Assembly: GCF_006345805.1 (NCBI RefSeq)
Contig: NW_021836858.1
Span: 1 to 37,687 of the forward strand
Direction of reading: 5' to 3'
DNA length: 37,687 bases
Source of the DNA: Octopus sinensis
Lineage: Eukaryota
Shown piece after piece: positions 34,117 through 37,687 of this stretch (position 1 is its first letter; every line of letters begins with the position of its first letter). The position numbers and the translations under genes are program-made. Under the pieces are notes generated by a model. That model had not been told where the DNA came from. It did no database searches and saw only the letters and a list, made by a program, of their open reading frames with translations.

Positions 34117-35056
34117 CATAAGACATAAATACATTCACATACCTAAGTATATACAAACATATACGCACAGGCTCAACATACACGCATACATGCAAGCATA
34201 CATCACATTACATTGTACAACATTGGAGCTTCTCAGTCGCTCAACCTGCTAGAAATAGCTGTCAATTTCTCACAATTCACGTCCTATATCTTTGAAAAGG
34301 AAAGGTAACTTGGATAACGTAGTATTAGATGCATTAGACCTGAAGAGGTGAGATGTTAATAGACAGGACAACTTTGATCCTAGATATTGTCAATCGGGGC
34401 CGACCTAAGGCTGAACAATAATTATTATAAAACTAAAATTTACTGTACAAGAAACCTGGTTTATCGTTCATTTATTTATCACTGATCCGAGATAATACAA
34501 TACGCTCAACTGTGAACCATGTTACGCTTATTTATGGCCGGCGATCAGTCAGGGATTCTGTTTGTACCGCAAAAACGACCCGCAGCGACCACCAATACTC
34601 GGCTTCCTACAATGCATTGGCTATCACTTGGGTTTACATGACCGTATTGCGATTCTGTTTAATTTTTATCCGGATTTACGTATTCGCGCCCATCAACATA
34701 AGAACCAATGAACAGAAAATATACAACAGCGCCTGATTCCAACAAATGGCATTGACAAATGTATTCTCAACAGGGAAAGGTGCAAACGATCAAGAAAATA
34801 CGCAACTGTGGGCCGTGAGTTTCGTGTCAATGAATTTGCTATTTTGCTCCATTTACAAATTATGTGGAAATGATCACTGAATCATTTATCACTGTTTTTT
34901 TTTGTTTTTTTTTTTTTGAAACCCGTAATAAACATGGATAGATATACTACATACCATTTATATATCTAAAAGAAGCAGATATATGTACGTTTTATACCTT
35001 TCTACAAACATTTTCATTAACAAAAAATGTTACCGATTTCTATAAGATATATTAAA

Positions 35057-35440
35057 CTAGCAGTATCGCCCGGCGTTGCTCGGGTTTGTAAGGGAAATAA
35101 CTATATAAGCATTTTTAGAGATGTAAAGTATAATAGCCATCTCAATATGGCTAACCACAAAGGGGGGGAGGTGTTACTGTAGCTTTTTACGTTCTGAGAT
35201 TTAATAATAAATTTTTAGAGAGTTACTTCCCTTATATATGCCAAAAATGCATTAAAAATGGGGAAAATTGGTGGTAATTTTTTTTTTAAATCGTAGACTC
35301 ATTGTAGACGTGCGCTAATACCCAGAAGGGCTCGATATGAATCACGACTATAAGATACCCGGTTTTGGTTAAACTGCACCGCAAAATGTGGGAATAGTTA
35401 GGAATCTAAATCGTAGGAGACAGACAGCACACAACCTCAC
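35057..35440 (-). mobile_element. Non-autonomous Helitron, family copy 3 (5' terminus missing)
   Basis: Same hairpin and CTAG end and same body. Fused to the CR1 fragment near 35440. Confidence 0.8.
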
Positions 35441-35860
35441 AGAAAGCCCCTCTCCTTCGATTGAGATGAAATCGTCGCAGATAGAGCTTTTCGGAGTGAC
35501 CCCGCAGCCGACGCTCTGGAGCAGGAGTGAAGAACAGCTCTTTCGAGAGGTTACACTTTCCGCTTATGATGTTGTGAGCGAGAATGAGATCACCACGGCG
35601 TCGTCGTTTTTCTAGAGAATAAAGGTCGAGCGTCTTCAGCCTATCTTCATAAGACAAATGCTTGAGACCAAGAACCATGCGGGTAGCCAGCTTCTGGACT
35701 CTTTCGAGATGCTGTATGTCTTTGAGGAGATAAGGAGAAGAGGCTTGAATCCCGTACTCCAATATGGGTCTCATCAGCGTGAATGGACTTACTGACTTCT
35801 GAAACAATTGTTGATAGTGTTGACCGTAACATGGCTTCATAAAGTTTTCCTATGGCTTCA
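35440..35860 (-). mobile_element. CR1-clade LINE RT C-terminal fragment
   Basis: LMRPILEYGIQASSPYLLKDIQHLERVQKLATRMVLGLKHLSYEDRLKTLDLYSLEKRRRRGDLI...RGHSEKL is the classic CR1 pattern. It is cut off at the junction with the Helitron copy. Confidence 0.88.
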
Positions 35861-35891
35861 CTAATTTCTGTACGGTATATGAACTTGAATG

Positions 35892-35892
<1 letters not shown>

Positions 35893-35968
<76 letters not shown>

Positions 35969-36363
35969 GGAACTTGATTCGATGAAGAAATTTGTCAGTC
36001 GCGGGATACCTTACACCGCCAGCTGCCGGTGACAAACGTAACTTTCTTTGGCTTTGAAGCGCTTCGTCTCCATCGACTGATTGTCATTCAATGACTATAA
36101 GTGTTTGATAAAGAATCAAATGTAAGGAACAAGCCTCTGGGTCAGTTAATCTACATACAAACACACATGTATACATTCATAGATATATATATATATAGAT
36201 ATATACATACATATATATATATGTATATATATGTATATATATATATATACATATGTATATATATATATACATATATATACATATGCATATATATATACAT
36301 ATATATATACATATATATGTATATATATACATATATGTATTCATATATATACATATATAATGA

Positions 36364-36408
<45 letters not shown>

Positions 36409-36540
36409 AATATAATGTATATACATATATATACATATATATCACATATACATATTTATATACCACATATATATTTATATACATATATATATAAATATAT
36501 ATATATGTATATATCATATATATACATGTATATATACAGG
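35893..36540. repeat. Microsatellite cluster: (GT)n at about 35893-35967 and (TA)/(TACA)n at about 36180-36540
   Basis: Direct reading. Similar tracts occur at about 5139-5250, 5437-5505, 7187-7353, 15851-15932, 20419-20521, 20746-20928, 22351-22428, 27160-27405, 30304-30401 and 34056-34113. Confidence 0.95.
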
Positions 36541-37254
36541 ATTGCATTTACCCCGTATGATTTCTGGTCATTCATTAGGATTTTTGTTGAGGTAACTATG
36601 GTCTGACTTGAAGCTTAACATAATATCCAAGGAGTTGATCGTAGCAGATTGTTGATGATAGTCGGGTTTAAGCTAAATTCGTTGAAGATTCTTATTTGAT
36701 TCTTCTTAAATCTATGCATAGAATGGTCGTTCTTATTTTCGAAATTTCCACACCGTCTCTGCACACAGTCGAGCATCACAAATTAAATTTCTTTCTCAAC
36801 TCTAAATGTAGGCTAATCAATCTCCTTTAAAAGTGAAAAAGCGAAAAGCAATGCTATTTTCGTTGCCATTAATTTTGGTCTTGGACTGGATTAATCTGGT
36901 GGAACGGCAGCGTCGTCGTCATCAAATTCTTTGACAGTATTGAGAACTAAAAGAACCTAAAATTTTACTCGGTTTGAAATCGAGAAATTTTTATCGTTCT
37001 CTGTCCAAACACCGCCTCCCACATTCTCTACTTGCTCAAGAGACAATTCACTAGGGTCAGGGACTTCAGTAGTCGAAGATTTTTGGGTGCTATACAGTTA
37101 TTGTTTACGAACGGTGGCTCTTGTTGGATGAAAAGAAACAACTCGTTGATATGGGAAACGAAGACAGAGCGGAGGTTGCAGATCTGTCTGTCTGTCTGTT
37201 TCTATTGTTACCGTGAGACTCATTCTGTCTTTTACTGTTCATTAAGCAGCGAGT

Positions 37255-37640
37255 GGAGGCGCAATGGCCCAGTGGTTAGGGCAGCGGACTCGTGGTCATA
37301 GGATCGCGGTTTCGATTCCCAGACCGGGCGTTGTGAGTGTTTATTGAGCGAAAACACCTAAAGCTCCACGAGGCTCCGGCAGGGGATGGTGGTGATCCCT
37401 GCTGTACTCTTTCACCACAACCTTCTCTCACTCTTACTTCCTGTTTCTGTTGTACCTGTATTTTCAAAGGGCTGGCCTTGTCACTCTCTGTGTCACGCTG
37501 AATATCCCCGAGAACTACGTTAAGGGTACACGTGTCTGTGGAGTGCTCAACCACTTACACGTTAATTTCACGAGCAGGCTGTTCCGTTGATCGGATCAAC
37601 CGGAACCCTCGTCGTCGTAACCGACGGAGTGCTTCCACCA
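37255..37640 (+). mobile_element. tRNA-derived SINE, family C variant
   Basis: TGGCCCAGTGGTTAGGGC (A box) and GTTTCGATTCCC (B box), followed by GAGCGAAAACACCTAAAGCTCCACG as in the 33215 copy. Confidence 0.8.
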
Positions 37641-37687
37641 CTTACAACTATAAGCAGCGAATCTAATAAAAAAACTACCTGCCTTGA

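Noticed and set aside
34440-34820. Possible promoter (CCAAT/ATTGG motifs, raised CpG)
   Set aside because: The motifs are isolated with no linked exon or start evidence.
36590-37089. Minus-strand coding-like frame (SSTTEVPDPSELSLEQVENVGGG...)
   Set aside because: Multiple stops, weak acceptor and no recognisable motif.

Overview
AT-rich, repeat-dense animal genomic DNA. The SINE families and microsatellite load suggest an octopus or other coleoid cephalopod (inference, not searched). There is no prokaryotic or CRISPR content. A + strand host gene can be assembled from seven phase-compatible exons (4015-4144, 6551-6660, 8123-8332, 13169-13380, 15037-15194, 22016-22228, 32797-32900; 1137 nt, 379 codons including stop). 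It encodes the C-terminal part of a polycystin-1/REJ-family protein with a GAIN/GPS motif (CETTHL/TKF), apparently ending after a single transmembrane helix. Its introns hold: a near-complete 4.5 kb Penelope-like retroelement (RT plus C-terminal GIY-YIG, - strand) whose 3' end carries five fixed-spacing CRE-N10-CCAAT modules and a TATA box; a 197-bp near-perfect palindrome (4665-5066) with a minimal hammerhead ribozyme motif on each strand; two further fold-back structures; non-autonomous Helitrons; a TIR element with telomeric repeats; R4-like and CR1-like LINE fragments; many tRNA-derived SINEs including concatemers; and a 2.6 kb (TATG)n tract. All calls come from reading the sequence by eye; no database search or folding program was run.
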